A DNA stretch of 64,000 nt. It comes from Antedon mediterranea (lineage: Eukaryota > Animalia > Echinodermata). A model generated the notes under the pieces. It was not told where the DNA came from. It made no database searches and worked only from the letters and a program-made list of their open reading frames with translations. This document shows, one piece after another, positions 1-11,714 of the stretch (position 1 is the first letter of the stretch; every line of letters begins with the position of its first letter). The stretch spans positions 14,243,432-14,307,431 of the forward strand of contig NC_092679.1 in NCBI RefSeq assembly GCF_964355755.1, given 5' to 3'. A program made the translations under genes and the position numbers.

Positions 1-110
1 CAAATAAGGGAGGAGTAGTACTTTATAAATCGCACTTTTTGCTCAATAGTGTCTGGATGGTAGAAGAAGAGGAAAAGATGAGAGAGTCCTAGACTCAGGT
101 ACCCCGAGTA
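1..110 (+). mobile_element. 3' end of a short Helentron/HINE-like or MITE element (same family as 632-935)
   Basis: Near-identical to 829-935 (AAGGGAGGAGTAGTACTTT...GTCCTAGACTC.GGTACCCCGAGTA). Confidence 0.6.
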
Positions 111-179
111 ATAAAACGAGATATACTCTATATCATATTACGTATACAGTATATTTCACCATAAAGTTAAAGAAAAATA

Positions 180-256
180 GGTTTCGCCAGGGCTCGAACA
201 ACCGGGACCTTCTGCGTGTTGTTAAGCAGACTTGACAACCACTACACTACGAAACC
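180..256 (-). pseudogene. tRNA-Val(AAC) pseudogene
   Basis: Minus strand reads GGTTTCGTAGTGTAGTGGTTGTCAAGTCTGCTTAACAACACGCAGAAGGTCCCGGTTGTTCGAGCCCTGGCGAAACC. This is a tRNA-Val scaffold with a duplicated AAC in the anticodon loop and a disturbed T arm. Confidence 0.8.
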
Positions 257-470
257 TCTTGCACTAAAAATGTGGGTTACACAAAGTTTTTTAATCCATT
301 TACATTACAGAATAAATATGGTAATAAGCACAAAGCAAAAGAAACATGTGTAAAAGTGATAATTACCGATTACACAAAATAGTTATTAAAATAATAATAA
401 AAATAAGATATACTGTGTATAATTATCATATTGCGTATACAGTACTTTTCACCATAAAATTAAAAAAAAA

Positions 471-542
471 GGTTTCGCCCGGGCTCGAACCAGGTACCTT
501 CTGCGTGTTAAGCAAACGTGATAACCACTACGCCAAGAAGCC
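471..542 (-). tRNA. tRNA-Val(AAC), acceptor stem mismatched (possibly pseudogene)
   Basis: Minus strand GGCTTCTTGGCGTAGTGGTTATCACGTTTGCTTAACACGCAGAAGGTACCTGGTTCGAGCCCGGGCGAAACC followed by a T run. A and B boxes present, anticodon AAC, two acceptor-stem mismatches. Confidence 0.75.
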
Positions 543-631
543 GCATATAACTACCTTACGCTGTGTGGTGTGTCACACATTGTGGCTTCTTAACTAAACA
601 AATTAATTAACAAAAAAGCACGAATGTGCGA

Positions 632-935
632 TACTCGGGGTACAGCAAATGAAGCTGTAATGACGTCATAAGATGGGATGTGACGTCACATACACATAAA
701 TAACCTACCAAATACGGCTATATGGTACTGTACCATCTTCGAGACGTCATATGGCTGCATCCGGTTTGAAATTTAAAAAATGTCCCTGTAGTATATTCAT
801 GCCAAATCCCAGCTCAATACTACAACTAATAAGGGAGGAGTAGTACTTTAAAAATCGCACTTTTTACTCACTAGTGTCCAGATGGAGGAAGAGGAGGAGA
901 AAATTAGTAAGTCCTAGACTCGGGTACCCCGAGTA
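632..935 (+). mobile_element. Short non-autonomous element with inverted ends (HINE-like/MITE)
   Basis: TACTCGGGGTAC (632-643) is the reverse complement of GTACCCCGAGTA (924-935). The right end also folds on itself (ACTCGGGTACCCCGAGT). A second copy end lies at 1-110. Confidence 0.55.
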
Positions 936-1288
936 AAAACAGAAAATATACAATAACATTAACAATGCAGTTGATAAATACATTGATTTTTATACTTTAT
1001 GTGTCAAGCCAGTGGTAATTCCAAACATTACATGAATGTATTTGAATACCGGTGCAAGTTAAATGAAATTAAGAAACAATGTCAATATCATTTGCATTAT
1101 GATCATCCTTTAAAAAAACATGAGATTATTGCTATTGAAATGAGTAGTGTTATTTGTTGAATGTATTCATTAATATTTATATTTACAGTTTTTAAATTTA
1201 TTTATAGGTATACAGGGACCTACTGTATACGTTTGATATCGTATGTTTTTAAATAACCAAGTTTTAGATTATATTCTGTTTTGTTTAA

Positions 1289-1375
1289 AGCTCCGTCTAC
1301 ACCATCAAACTTGTTTGTGATGGCATGTGCCCAAATATTACATTTTTTTGTCACAAAGTTTGATAGTGTAGACAG
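1289..1375. mobile_element. MITE (TIR GCTCTGTCTACACTATCAAAC family), internally deleted copy
   Basis: GTCTACACCATCAAACT ... AGTTTGATAGTGTAGAC inverted ends. Related copies at about 3870-3990 and 8122-8281. Confidence 0.7.
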
Positions 1376-1472
1376 TAATAATACTTTTTTATTTTGCCTA
1401 ACATATTGATATTTTTGCATGGTAAATCCTTTACTGTTATTAGAGTTTAAATGTTTTAATATTCTCCCACAG

Positions 1473-4400
1473 GTCATAGGTGGCACACAAAATTCAATGT
1501 ATCAAATTTAACCCCAATTGAAATTGACATGATTTTCCCACCCAACTACCCTTCAGAAGACCCACCCTCATTCAAGTTGTCTTGTTTGTGGTTGTCAAGG
1601 CAACAATTGTCTGCAGTCTGTAAACAACTTGATAAGTTATGGGAAGAATATAAAGAGATGCCGGTTGTTTATACCTGGGCTGATTGGATTCAACATCATG
1701 TACTTAGGTAAATAATTATTTAAAAGCTCAAGTACAGGCATGAATTTTAAATATACTATCTGGTTAATTGTACATAAACAAGTATCTTTAACAGAAATCG
1801 AAAAAACATGAATTTCTTTAAAATGGCCAAATAAAAAAAATTCTGCTATGAAAGCCAGACAGACTTTTTTTAGTAGTTAGGTAGTTTAACCAATGAAAAA
1901 CCATATCCAGTGACTCCCTAGAAAGTGAAAAAAAGTTGGTAGGTACACAGGATAAACATGGTCCACTGTATTAACATCTGTCTGATTATCTAAGACGAAT
2001 AAAGTAAATATGAGAAAATCAAAAACTTGTCTGTGTGATGCAAATTGTCATGAACATTTATATTTTTCATGATTTTCCAAAAACAATGATAGCCACTTCT
2101 ATTAACACATTTAAAGTATAATATCTACCAAACTTGCCATACAAAAACCCCAACCCCAATAGTATTATTATTATTATTATGGGTGTTCCTGCTAAATCTA
2201 GTGTAATTGGTCAGCATTTTAACAAGTAAACTGCTCTAGCCAACTGATTTGATTTCAAACAAAGTTAAACAATACAGATTAAAGCAAACAAAAAATGCAA
2301 TAAATGTGTTATGGTATCAGGGATATCCTTCTAAATCACCAAAAGGTACTGTACATCTTAAGGGGTAGTTTACTGCAGTTGTCATTTGGGATGTCAAAGT
2401 TCACTTGCATATGATTAATTCAGAGAGGTATAAAAATAATTATTTTTTATACCTCTCTGATTAAGTATTCATAAATAAGCATAAATGACAATTTTGTTTT
2501 CTTAAAGTTTTCTAGGAATTAGTGAAACTGTAATGATTGGTAATTTTTCAACCAATGACAACAATTTTGACGAAAGAGTAGCAACAGGGGAAACTGATTG
2601 TATGAATGAGATGATTAACATTTTAAGGTAAGGTTGTTGCAAGTATAATTTTAGTGTAGTGTAGGCTTTTTGTGGACAAAGTAACTCAAAGTAGTCGGGT
2701 AAAGTGGAGACCCATTCATATAAACCAATGTGATTTAATTATGGTCTATTATCAAGTTTAGCACGATAAAGAGACACTATTCACATAGAAATCATATGAT
2801 GATCTGTTTATGCTAATGAGGTGTTTTGTTGCATAAAAATAAATAATAATAAAATAAATATATATAAATACTAAAGAAACAAAATACTAACTCAAATGCT
2901 GATTGGTTGATTCTATCTTATGGATTAATTAATCACATTAAAAGGGTGGAGTTGTGGCTTGGTGGTTATGATGCTTGGCTACCTACCACCAAGGGTCCTG
3001 GGTTCAGTCCTGTCACATGTCTGGATTTTTTCTAAGGACAAGGACACTCCCAAAGACTTGTAATAAGACTTTGTTTATGTAGAGCATCTTGTGTATATGT
3101 TTGTGTTGTGAACCTCTGAGGGTCCCTAATGATCAGCAATTGCTGGATGGATCATCCTCATTAAATATGGTGTAAAAAAAAAAGTATATTAAATCATGTT
3201 TCCCCAGCATGTTCCACTGAATCTATTTAAGCTGTTATTTGATAAATTTAGGTTCACATGAAATGGCTTGATCATGGTCAGTAGAAGCATGATCAACGGT
3301 GAATTCCTCTTCAAATTAAAGTACACATGTGAAAGTGGCTTAAACTTTGTGCCGAATACTAGTTGCTGCATTATGGGAGTATTTTTTCATGCATGTTTGA
3401 TCCAAAAATGACCGGGGTAATAATATTTACAGTGTTTAAAGGTTTCACGACATTAGGCACTTTGTAAATCCAGGATATTATTATTATTAATGAAAAATAT
3501 GTTAATTTGTATGAAAAAATTAAATTGTTTTTTCAGGTTTAACTGTCAGTGTGAAATGAAAGTGTTCCTTCAGGAGACACATGAGTGTGAGGTATGCTTT
3601 GATGTAAAACCTGGTGAAGAATTCTATCGTCTTAATTCTTGTTTTCATCATTTCTGTTACGACTGCTTTCACGATTACTGCGAGTTACACGTAACAGAAG
3701 GAACAGTCAAGGCTCTTACGTAAGTTGTAATACCCTTTTGATTAATCCTTTTATTTTCTATCCTCCATTCGATTGGAGGATAGTGGGTCACATGGTATTC
3801 AATAAATACTGTTACTATTGTATGTCAGAGTGCAATTTTCTTGTTACACAATATGCATTTTTAATGTAAAGCTCTGTCTACAATATTAAACTTCATGTGA
3901 CAAAAAAATGTGATGTGCCCATTTATGGACATGATGATGTCATATCACTACCATATTTGGGCACAGCACATCACTACCATATTTAGGTACACTTTATTTA
4001 TATTTAGGTAAGATGGTAGGTTTTCTTTGGAATTGGAAAGGATAATCTGAATTCATATATGACAAAAGAATTAATTAAAAGTTGCTTGCAAATTTATGAC
4101 TTTTATTAAAGTAAAGTATACATTTAGCATGTAATAATTTCTTTAATTTTCAGTATATAATTTTATTTTGTAGGTGTCCTCATCAAGAATGCAAAACGCC
4201 ATTGCCACCTAGGTTGCTACGACAGGTACTAGGAGATGAAAAATACCAAAGATGGGAGAGACTCCTACTACAAGTAAGTTATAGGTCAATGTACATCTAT
4301 TATTGACATTAGAAACATACCTGTGTAGACTGAAGATGGTAAAAATATGACAAAAACATTTTTTTGAATGCTGTATATGTTGTTATCAATTAATAATTTT

Positions 4401-7400
4401 CTGATTATTGTTATCAGAAAACTTTAGAAAGCATGGATGATATAGATTGGTGTGTACGCTGTCAGATGCCTGCTACTAAGGAATCACAAGTGGATGGTGC
4501 CAGTTCTGAGAAGGCAAACTTAGCATTCTGTACTTACTGCTTCTATTCATATTGTTCACAATGCAAAGATCCATGGCATGTTGTAAGTTGAAATCTTCCC
4601 ACTTGGAATGACAAAATAGGAATTTTACAGTCCAACTTCCAAGAGTGCAATTCCAATAATGCTAATCGTATCTCAGACCTTCCAGGGTCTCCCACTGATC
4701 GCAGACATTTCCCAATATTTCAAAAGATCTCTCTAAATTTACAATTTTTACCAATAGCTTTGGAAATCCTAGTAGTGCATAAATTTACGATTTGGGTTCT
4801 ACTACCCCTTTTGGTTTACAAATACAGGTTTTGTTGAAAAATTGCCAACTCATTTTTTGCATTAGTTACATTTTCAAAATTAACATCAATATATGCCATA
4901 CCTATATACCTACCTGCTACTTCTTTAAAAGAAATTATAGATCTCTGGTTTGACCACTCTCTGTAAAGTCTTCCAATATTAAGTTTTTGGATGTAATTTG
5001 TACCCTATTCTTAATCAGTTTGGTAATATTGAAAAATAGGAACTGTACAGAATTATTTATATTTAGCACAAAAAGAAATAAGTGTATTATAGTAACATAA
5101 TGTTTTAACTTTGAAGGGAACTCCCTGTAAAACAGCAGATGAGAAATTACAAGAATTGGAAGAGGAAGATAAAGGAATGACTTCCGAAGAATTGTACATT
5201 AAAAGATTGCAACTAACCCAAGAAATTCAATCTGCTGAAGAAATCAAAAAAGTATCTAGGAAATGTCCAGGATGCCTTATACCTATTCAGAAAAATTTTG
5301 GGTGAGAAAGATAGTTTTTGTTTTTGAATTGATATAGTTTTTTTAATAGTTTAAATTATCTGAGGAATCAGCAACTTGTGTTGTCATTCTGTGCAATCAA
5401 TGATAATAATGTAGCCCACATATCCACTAAAAAGCGCTAACAACCACATACTGTAGCTGATTTAGAATCGGATTTCTTTTATTCATTAATTTCATATATC
5501 TCATGAGTTTAATGTTTTTTTAAAAGAATTAATTTTATGGAGATACTATATCTGGAACAGTATTTCAAAGAAGCGGAAAGTACAAGGTTGTGACACCCCA
5601 TAAGAACCATGTGATTGATGACCATTCACACCGACGACAAACCCTGGGGAGACCCATACTCGCTTGATCGTGTCAAGATAACCTTTTGACCTAAAAACAC
5701 CAGAGTTGGAAGTTGGTACCCGTTGTCCTTGCAGTTCGCCCACCGGAGAACATTCAGCTGTTCAACCCGAGTGTTTTGAACTCTAGAGTTGTTTGATTTT
5801 ACCTGTCACATCAACCACAAATCCCAGAGTTGTGTATCAACTTGCTTGTTGTTGTGAAAGGGATATTAGTCTCCAGTCATCTCCATAAGCATTTTTTCTT
5901 ATATATTATCTTATCCATTGTAATTGTATAGTATTGTATGTTTTTGACTGTTGTTATTTTCATTGCAATTTAAATCTTGGGAGGCAAATTTCATTTGCTT
6001 GGTATTTGACAATAAATTTTAACTTGAACTTGAACAGTCAAATCCTAGGCATTCCTGTCCTTCCAGCTGATCAGATTGCACGGCAATATTATTCAGTTCT
6101 TCAGATGGGGTCTTAAGCCTTTGGCTCGTTTGCATGTGATCCTAGTGCACTGTACTGCCGAATTCATAACAATAATGGAGTGAGTTAATGCAGGGGCGCT
6201 GTTTACTGTGCCTAAAGAGCCAACTTTGAAGCCGACTCGCTCTATGGTTCTGATGGTGGAACAAGTCTTCTCGGATAGAGACGATAAACTGTAGGTCCGT
6301 GTGCACAGTTTGTACGTGTGCACTTTAAAGAACCCAGTTCATCATTTGAGAGGAGTAGAGGGTTACTTACCTTGGTGAACTGGGGAAAGTAGCCTGTGTG
6401 CAAGGGGATTACCACCTAATAAAATAGTGAATAAGTTAATATTGGTAATCCTTGCCTAAATAGTTAAAATAAAAAATACCATATACCACTCCAAAAAATA
6501 ATATTATAATATTAAAATACTACTAAATATTCTGATGAGATATTTAGACATAAAAATGTTAATAACAAATTTACATTTCTGTAAACGAAGGAATGAAATA
6601 CATTTTCTTTGTCCCCAGTTGCAACCATATGTCGTGTTCTCAATGCCACACATCATTCTGTTGGCGCTGTGGAAAAATAATTATTGGCTATGATCATTTT
6701 GGGGATGGCAGTTGCATACTGTTTCCAGGACAAGAAGAAGGTGACTACATTGTACCTGTTCAAAGACGAAGAATAGATAGAGAATATTTACCTGTAAGTA
6801 TTATGACTTCAATTTTATTGGAGTATTGAAAGACTATAAGATTTTTTTACAGTCTCGAACCATCCATTTACACTTTTTACGTGAAACAGTAACACAGTTT
6901 AAAAGTATATTAGAACCCCCTCATCTGGGATACCTCTATTCAAAGGACATTCCAGTTCAAATTACACAGTAAAATCTCTATTCTTTTGTACACAAATTTT
7001 GTAAATAGAGAGGCATTTTAAAAAGCTACGAAAAATAAACAGTGTGGTAAAAAATGTTATCAGATGACTAAGTATAGGTAATATAACTTGCTATAGCAAA
7101 AATTATCCACCGTATATCCACCATCTTTTTTCACCTTCTAGGGAGTCACAAGACATGTTATTACATTAGGTTAACCTAACTACTGAAAAAAGGTCTTCAT
7201 GGTTTTTATGGAAGAATTTTGCAAAATTTTGTATTTGGCCATATTAAGGGAAATACATGTTTTTTCGTCTTAATTTCTGTTACAAATATTTGATTTATGT
7301 ACAATTAACCAAATATTATATTTAAAATTCATGCCTGTACCTGAGCTTTAAGAGGAGGAATATAGGAGAAGCAATATATTTGTTAACATTATGACCAACC

Positions 7401-7886
7401 TCTATTTAGGGGACACTGACACACACTGTTGGGAACCGATGGTGCCCCCTTAATTCTATTCTATTGTAAATTTAAAGAATATATCTAAAAATCTGTCAAA
7501 ATTGATCTAAGGATTTCTTTGGTAAGGTTTACATGAATGTCTTCAATTTCCTTAGAACATCAGAGCTTGTCCCTCCTAGCCATTTTGGTCAAGTCACTTT
7601 AACATTATTAATTATTCTACAAACTATACCTGTGTGAAAATACAAACAATATTGTTTCCTTTAGGGTGCAGTAGCTGTCCGTGATGCTCTCAGAAATCCA
7701 GACAATATACATCTGGTGAAACGTTGTCCAACATGTGGTCAGCAGAACCTCAAGAATAATGACAACAACCACATTTTGTGTTGGTCATGTCGCAGTCATT
7801 TCTGTTTTCAGTGCTTAAAAAAAATTCAGGGTAAAATAATGGACCACTTTAGACCACCAAGCAAATGCCAGCAACATTCAAATTAA
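1473..7886 (+). CDS. RNF14: RNF14-like RWD-RBR E3 ubiquitin ligase (5' exons upstream of window)
   Basis: Phase-consistent GT-AG exons: 1473-1707 (RWD, FPPNYPSEDPP), 2508-2627, 3537-3719 (RING1 CEVC..CFHHFCYDC), 4174-4273, 4418-4582 (IBR), 5117-5301, 6619-6793 (RING2 KCPGC..GCNHM..C..C..FCWRC), 7665-7886 (extra RING2-like domain, stop TAA). Confidence 0.88.
1720..1990 (+). mobile_element. Intronic MITE-like repeat; inverted second copy at about 7050-7351
   Basis: AAGCTCAAGTACAGGCATGAATTTTAAATATA...TGGTTAATTGTACATAAA matches the reverse complement of about 7295-7351. The far boundary is approximate. Confidence 0.55.
2943..3183 (+). mobile_element. tRNA-derived SINE
   Basis: A-box-like GTGGCTTGGTGG and B-box-like GGGTTCAGTCC in a degenerate tRNA head, followed by a body and an A-rich tail. 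Confidence 0.5.
6050..6440 (+). mobile_element. SINE with Deu/Nin-type central domain
   Basis: TCGGATAGAGACGATAAACTGTAGGTCC...GTGCACTTTAAAGAACCCAG...GAGTAGAGGG resembles the DeuSINE core as I recall it. Boundaries are approximate. Confidence 0.5.
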
Positions 7887-7974
7887 AGACCTTCTGTTCT
7901 AAAAAGACACGTCATCATCATTATCATCATCTTCCTTTACTGTGCAGAACCTCATTTCAAGTATATTCGCACAT

Positions 7975-8114
7975 GGAGACTTCCTTTATGAGGGGCGCTC
8001 ATTCATCTGTCCACAACAGGCTGGCATGGGCCAGTACAACAGGGTACCCTACTCTTGTGAAAGATGCACTAGGTTCTTTAAAGTTCACACGAGCCAGATG
8101 TGTACACTGGACCA
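7975..8114 (-). mobile_element. Deu-domain SINE fragment just after the RNF14 stop codon
   Basis: Minus strand GGTCCAGTGTACAC...GTGAACTTTAAAGAACCTAGTGCATCTTTCACAAGAGTAGGG...GTACTGGCC is similar to 6290-6380. Confidence 0.45.
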
Positions 8115-8121
8115 GTTTGAA

Positions 8122-8281
8122 AGCTCTGTCTACACTATCAAACTTTATGTGACAAAAAAATGTGATGTGCCCATATATGGACATGATGATGTCATAATAC
8201 TACTGTATTTGGGTGCATCACTACCATATTTGGGCACATCACACTTTTTTGTCAAACTTGTTTGATAGTGTAGACAGAGAT
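8122..8281. mobile_element. MITE, full-length copy
   Basis: CTCTGTCTACACTATCAAAC ... GTTTGATAGTGTAGACAGAG terminal inverted repeats. Confidence 0.75.
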
Positions 8282-9143
8282 TAAGTTCTTTCCCAAGAAG
8301 GCCACTAGAAAATGGTCAAGGTGCAACTTCAACCTGTGCCGATTTCAACTTTATTGTCAACAAGAACAAGACAAAAGGGTGATAACATATAGTTAGAAAA
8401 ATCTAATCATCTAGATAACAATACAAGATAATTAATTATATACAGTCGTAAGCTCCTGGGTTTAGCCAATGTGCGCTCCTAGTCGTTACGTCTTACAGTA
8501 CTTAATCATATCAGTATTGTCAAATGCTTCAATCCCTCATTTTTAACTGCAATTTTAAGATTGGTTCATATTTTCTGTTGTCTAGTAACCATAGTTTGAA
8601 ACAAACTCACTTGCCTATTTTGGAATATCAATAGATTAGAAGAAGAAAAGATCCATTGAATAGGAGGAAAGCGATAGATTAGATAGAAAAAGTGGAGCAT
8701 GAAAAGAGTGAGTATCCTAAACCTCAAAGTAGGGAATAGTTACTTAACAAATATTTTTATATTCGTAAACTAAATTACATGAGTATAAGCAATTAAAGGA
8801 AAGATATAGGCCTATAAAGAGAATCATTGCATATAATGTTTATAACAGACTTATTATATTACAGATAGATAGAATTCAGTACAGTAATACAGTATTAAAC
8901 AGTAGTGTGTATACATCCCAAAGTAAAGTACATCTGCCTCAATTATTTAAACACATATAATTTTATAACGCGAACTAGGTGTAATTATAATATTAGTGAA
9001 TGTGCAATTTAGTACTTTATACACACATTTTACAAATAGACTTAATTTGGTTTTGTACAGGTAATTTATATCAATTTATATCGGGTCTTTAGTTTATTCG
9101 AGGGAGTGTATGTGTTGTGTGTGTAATATGGTAACATGTATAA

Positions 9144-10566
9144 TCTATATATAAATTTACGTAAGGGCAAAATTCGGTAAATTGCGCGTTATTTCTAGAA
9201 TGTTTACTCGATGGTATATACAGTAAAGTTGGTTCGTACTTTCGGTACTGATTTTAACCACCTGATGTAACCCTGTTTACTAATTAAATTGAGTTCGATA
9301 ATTAGTTATTGACGATTAAAACGAATTTAGGTTCAACGATTTGCCCCAAATACGGGTGTTTTTCGATGGTGATATACACTGTCTAATGGATGTCCGTAAT
9401 AATACGAGGATGCTTCGCATTTTCCTATCTCCTCCTACGATAATTGTTTTTAATGGCTGAAAACTGGTTGAACAGCTTGAGTATAGCATCATAATGTTGA
9501 AGACAGGCCGATTTTCTTTAAAAAATACTATTTTGATAGATTTAATATACGTTTATACAAATGTATTGATTTGTGATGAATGGAACATTCCAATCTCTGT
9601 TCCACAAGTGTCTATTCCCTCAGGCGTCGTAAAGGCAAGTACAGGTACTGTATACTCATAACAGAAATTCGATCCATTTTTTTTTCAATCTGTGCTGCAG
9701 AGGTTGGATATAAATTTTTTTTAAACGGATAATGAGCTAGCGTTTTCACTCGCCGTATATTATGTACACATCTTTATTATTGCAGTTAAACCACCCATAT
9801 CATCACCCTTCCCTCACTGGCATGAGTAGCGTTGTAAAACCAGTAGAGGATAGGCCTACGGTACATCACATGCCCTAAACGCAGAACAACTTTGGTGGGT
9901 AGGGGGTGGGTAGGGTAGGAACCAACTTAAGTATGAATTTGCTCTAAGAAACAATTGAAAACCATTAGGCCTACTAATTAAGTTGAGTTAGATAATTTAA
10001 TATTTATTGACGATTAAATCGAATTTATGATTTTCGCCGAATAGAGGTGGTTTTCACAAATTGTTTTACATTATATAAACATATATACGTCGTAGTGATG
10101 TATCGTTACATGTACTGTACTATTTCAATCGACTATGACGGTGATAGTTTCAACAAAGTATTAAATCGCAATGTTTTACTGTGTTTAGTGGTATATTATT
10201 TGTAAAACATGAAAACAATTAATATTTCGTTAATAAATGGGTAAAGAATATATTTAAAAATTGTTCCTCTTTGCACCCATCCTCTTCCCCATCCCTCAAC
10301 CCAAATGTTACATACAACACACAATTTAAGTTTGTTTAAATTTGACTTAAACAATTGGTCTCATTTTGTGACAAGTTTCTCTTTCGGAAGTAATTCCCAG
10401 GGTACTAATTTTACAGTACATAAATCACAGTGTCTATTTATTCGTTCCTGTAAACGACATGTATTATTGTCCTGCGGTACGTATACATTTGAAATCGCTG
10501 AAATTATTATGTATTCGAGAACCATCTGTGGGCACGACCTAGATGGTACGCGAGCGTACCATCTAG
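9144..10566 (+). mobile_element. Non-autonomous Helitron, copy 1
   Basis: 5' TC terminus after host A. 3' hairpin (CTAGATGGTACGCGAGCGTACCATCTAG) ends in CTAG before host T. Both ends match the reverse complement of 16993-18556. Confidence 0.85.
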
Positions 10567-11079
10567 TCAAATAAATTCTCCCTAAATATGAAATATGTAC
10601 AACACAATATTAAGAGGTAATAAAATACAGTAAAAAGTGTATCGAAATGATTGGTTAATTGTAGATCAAGGAAGTCAATTAATTCTACTACAAATAGAAA
10701 TGTGATACAATACTACGTATTGTGTGTACATAAATGCGAGGCGTTTATACCAAACGATGTTTTATGGGGATGGGGGGGGGGGTGTTATTCAAAGCGTGGT
10801 GTTTATTCGAATAAATATGGTAAATTTAGATGTATTATAATACTAATTATGAAATATGCGAATAATATAGTTGACCTGTGAATAATTACAATATCAACAA
10901 TGAGCATATAACTTTGGAAAAGCCAGACCCGCCAAAAATGTATGTTTATGCTCATATAAAAGCTGAAAAACATCGTCGCGTTGTAAAAATATAGATGTAA
11001 AGTACAGGCAAGTTGTTAGCTTGCTTTGGTACCCTAGGTAAGTATCAGCTGCATGTTCCACATGTCGTAATTTGCGAGC

Positions 11080-11267
11080 TTTAGAGTGTTTGGTAAATGA
11101 CATCATGAGATGTTTGTAAATCGTTTTAAACGACTTACAATGCGCTAGAACGCCAAAATTTCCCCCGACCAGGGGCCCTTGGCGGCCCCCTGGCCCCCAG
11201 CCAATGTTTGCTCGCTTCGCTTGCAAAGCTACGCCACCCCTATTTCAAAATCCTGGATCCGCCCCTG
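11080..11267. mobile_element. Terminal fragment of a non-autonomous DNA transposon (CAGGGGCGGATCCAGG end)
   Basis: Ends TCCTGGATCCGCCCCTG at 11267. The GC-rich GCTCGCTTCGC / GGCCCCC motifs are shared with the 21782-23887 element. The other end was not found. Confidence 0.45.
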
Positions 11268-11714
11268 AAACAATACAATGCCAAAACTATATTTAGTAAT
11301 AATGTATTGTGATGTTAGTGATGGCACTAGTTACAATCCGTTATGCGTGAGTATGTAATGTATGACGTAATGCATAAAAGGGCGGGCATAAATAGTGTGC
11401 ACTGTAAAGTCCGGTTATGCTATGCCAAGCCAGAGATGTGGAAATAGTACGAATGAAATTAGCTGATTGTATTCATTAAATTACCAGAATTTCCTTGTTT
11501 TTTATTGCTTCTGATTGAATGTTTTTATTATGTTTTTTTTTTTTTGCATTTTATATTTTAATTATCAGTCACTATTACATTATTGAACATTTATATTATA
11601 TCGAAAAATATTTTAATATCTAAAGTAGCATATAACCCCCCTTCTCTGGTACACTCCAATGGGGTCCCCTTAATAGACGTTGTTTTACTGTAATTTGAAT
11701 AATTCTTCACTTAC

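Noticed and set aside
346-597. 83-aa ORF
   Set aside because: It is the antisense translation of tRNA-Val plus AT-rich flank.
5545-5890. Possible degraded RTE-like LINE 3' fragment
   Set aside because: No motif I could read with confidence.
8860-8950. Candidate last exon of the secreted gene (minus strand IEADVLYF)
   Set aside because: The peptide is plausible but there is no suitable AG acceptor in the required phase, so I left it unresolved.
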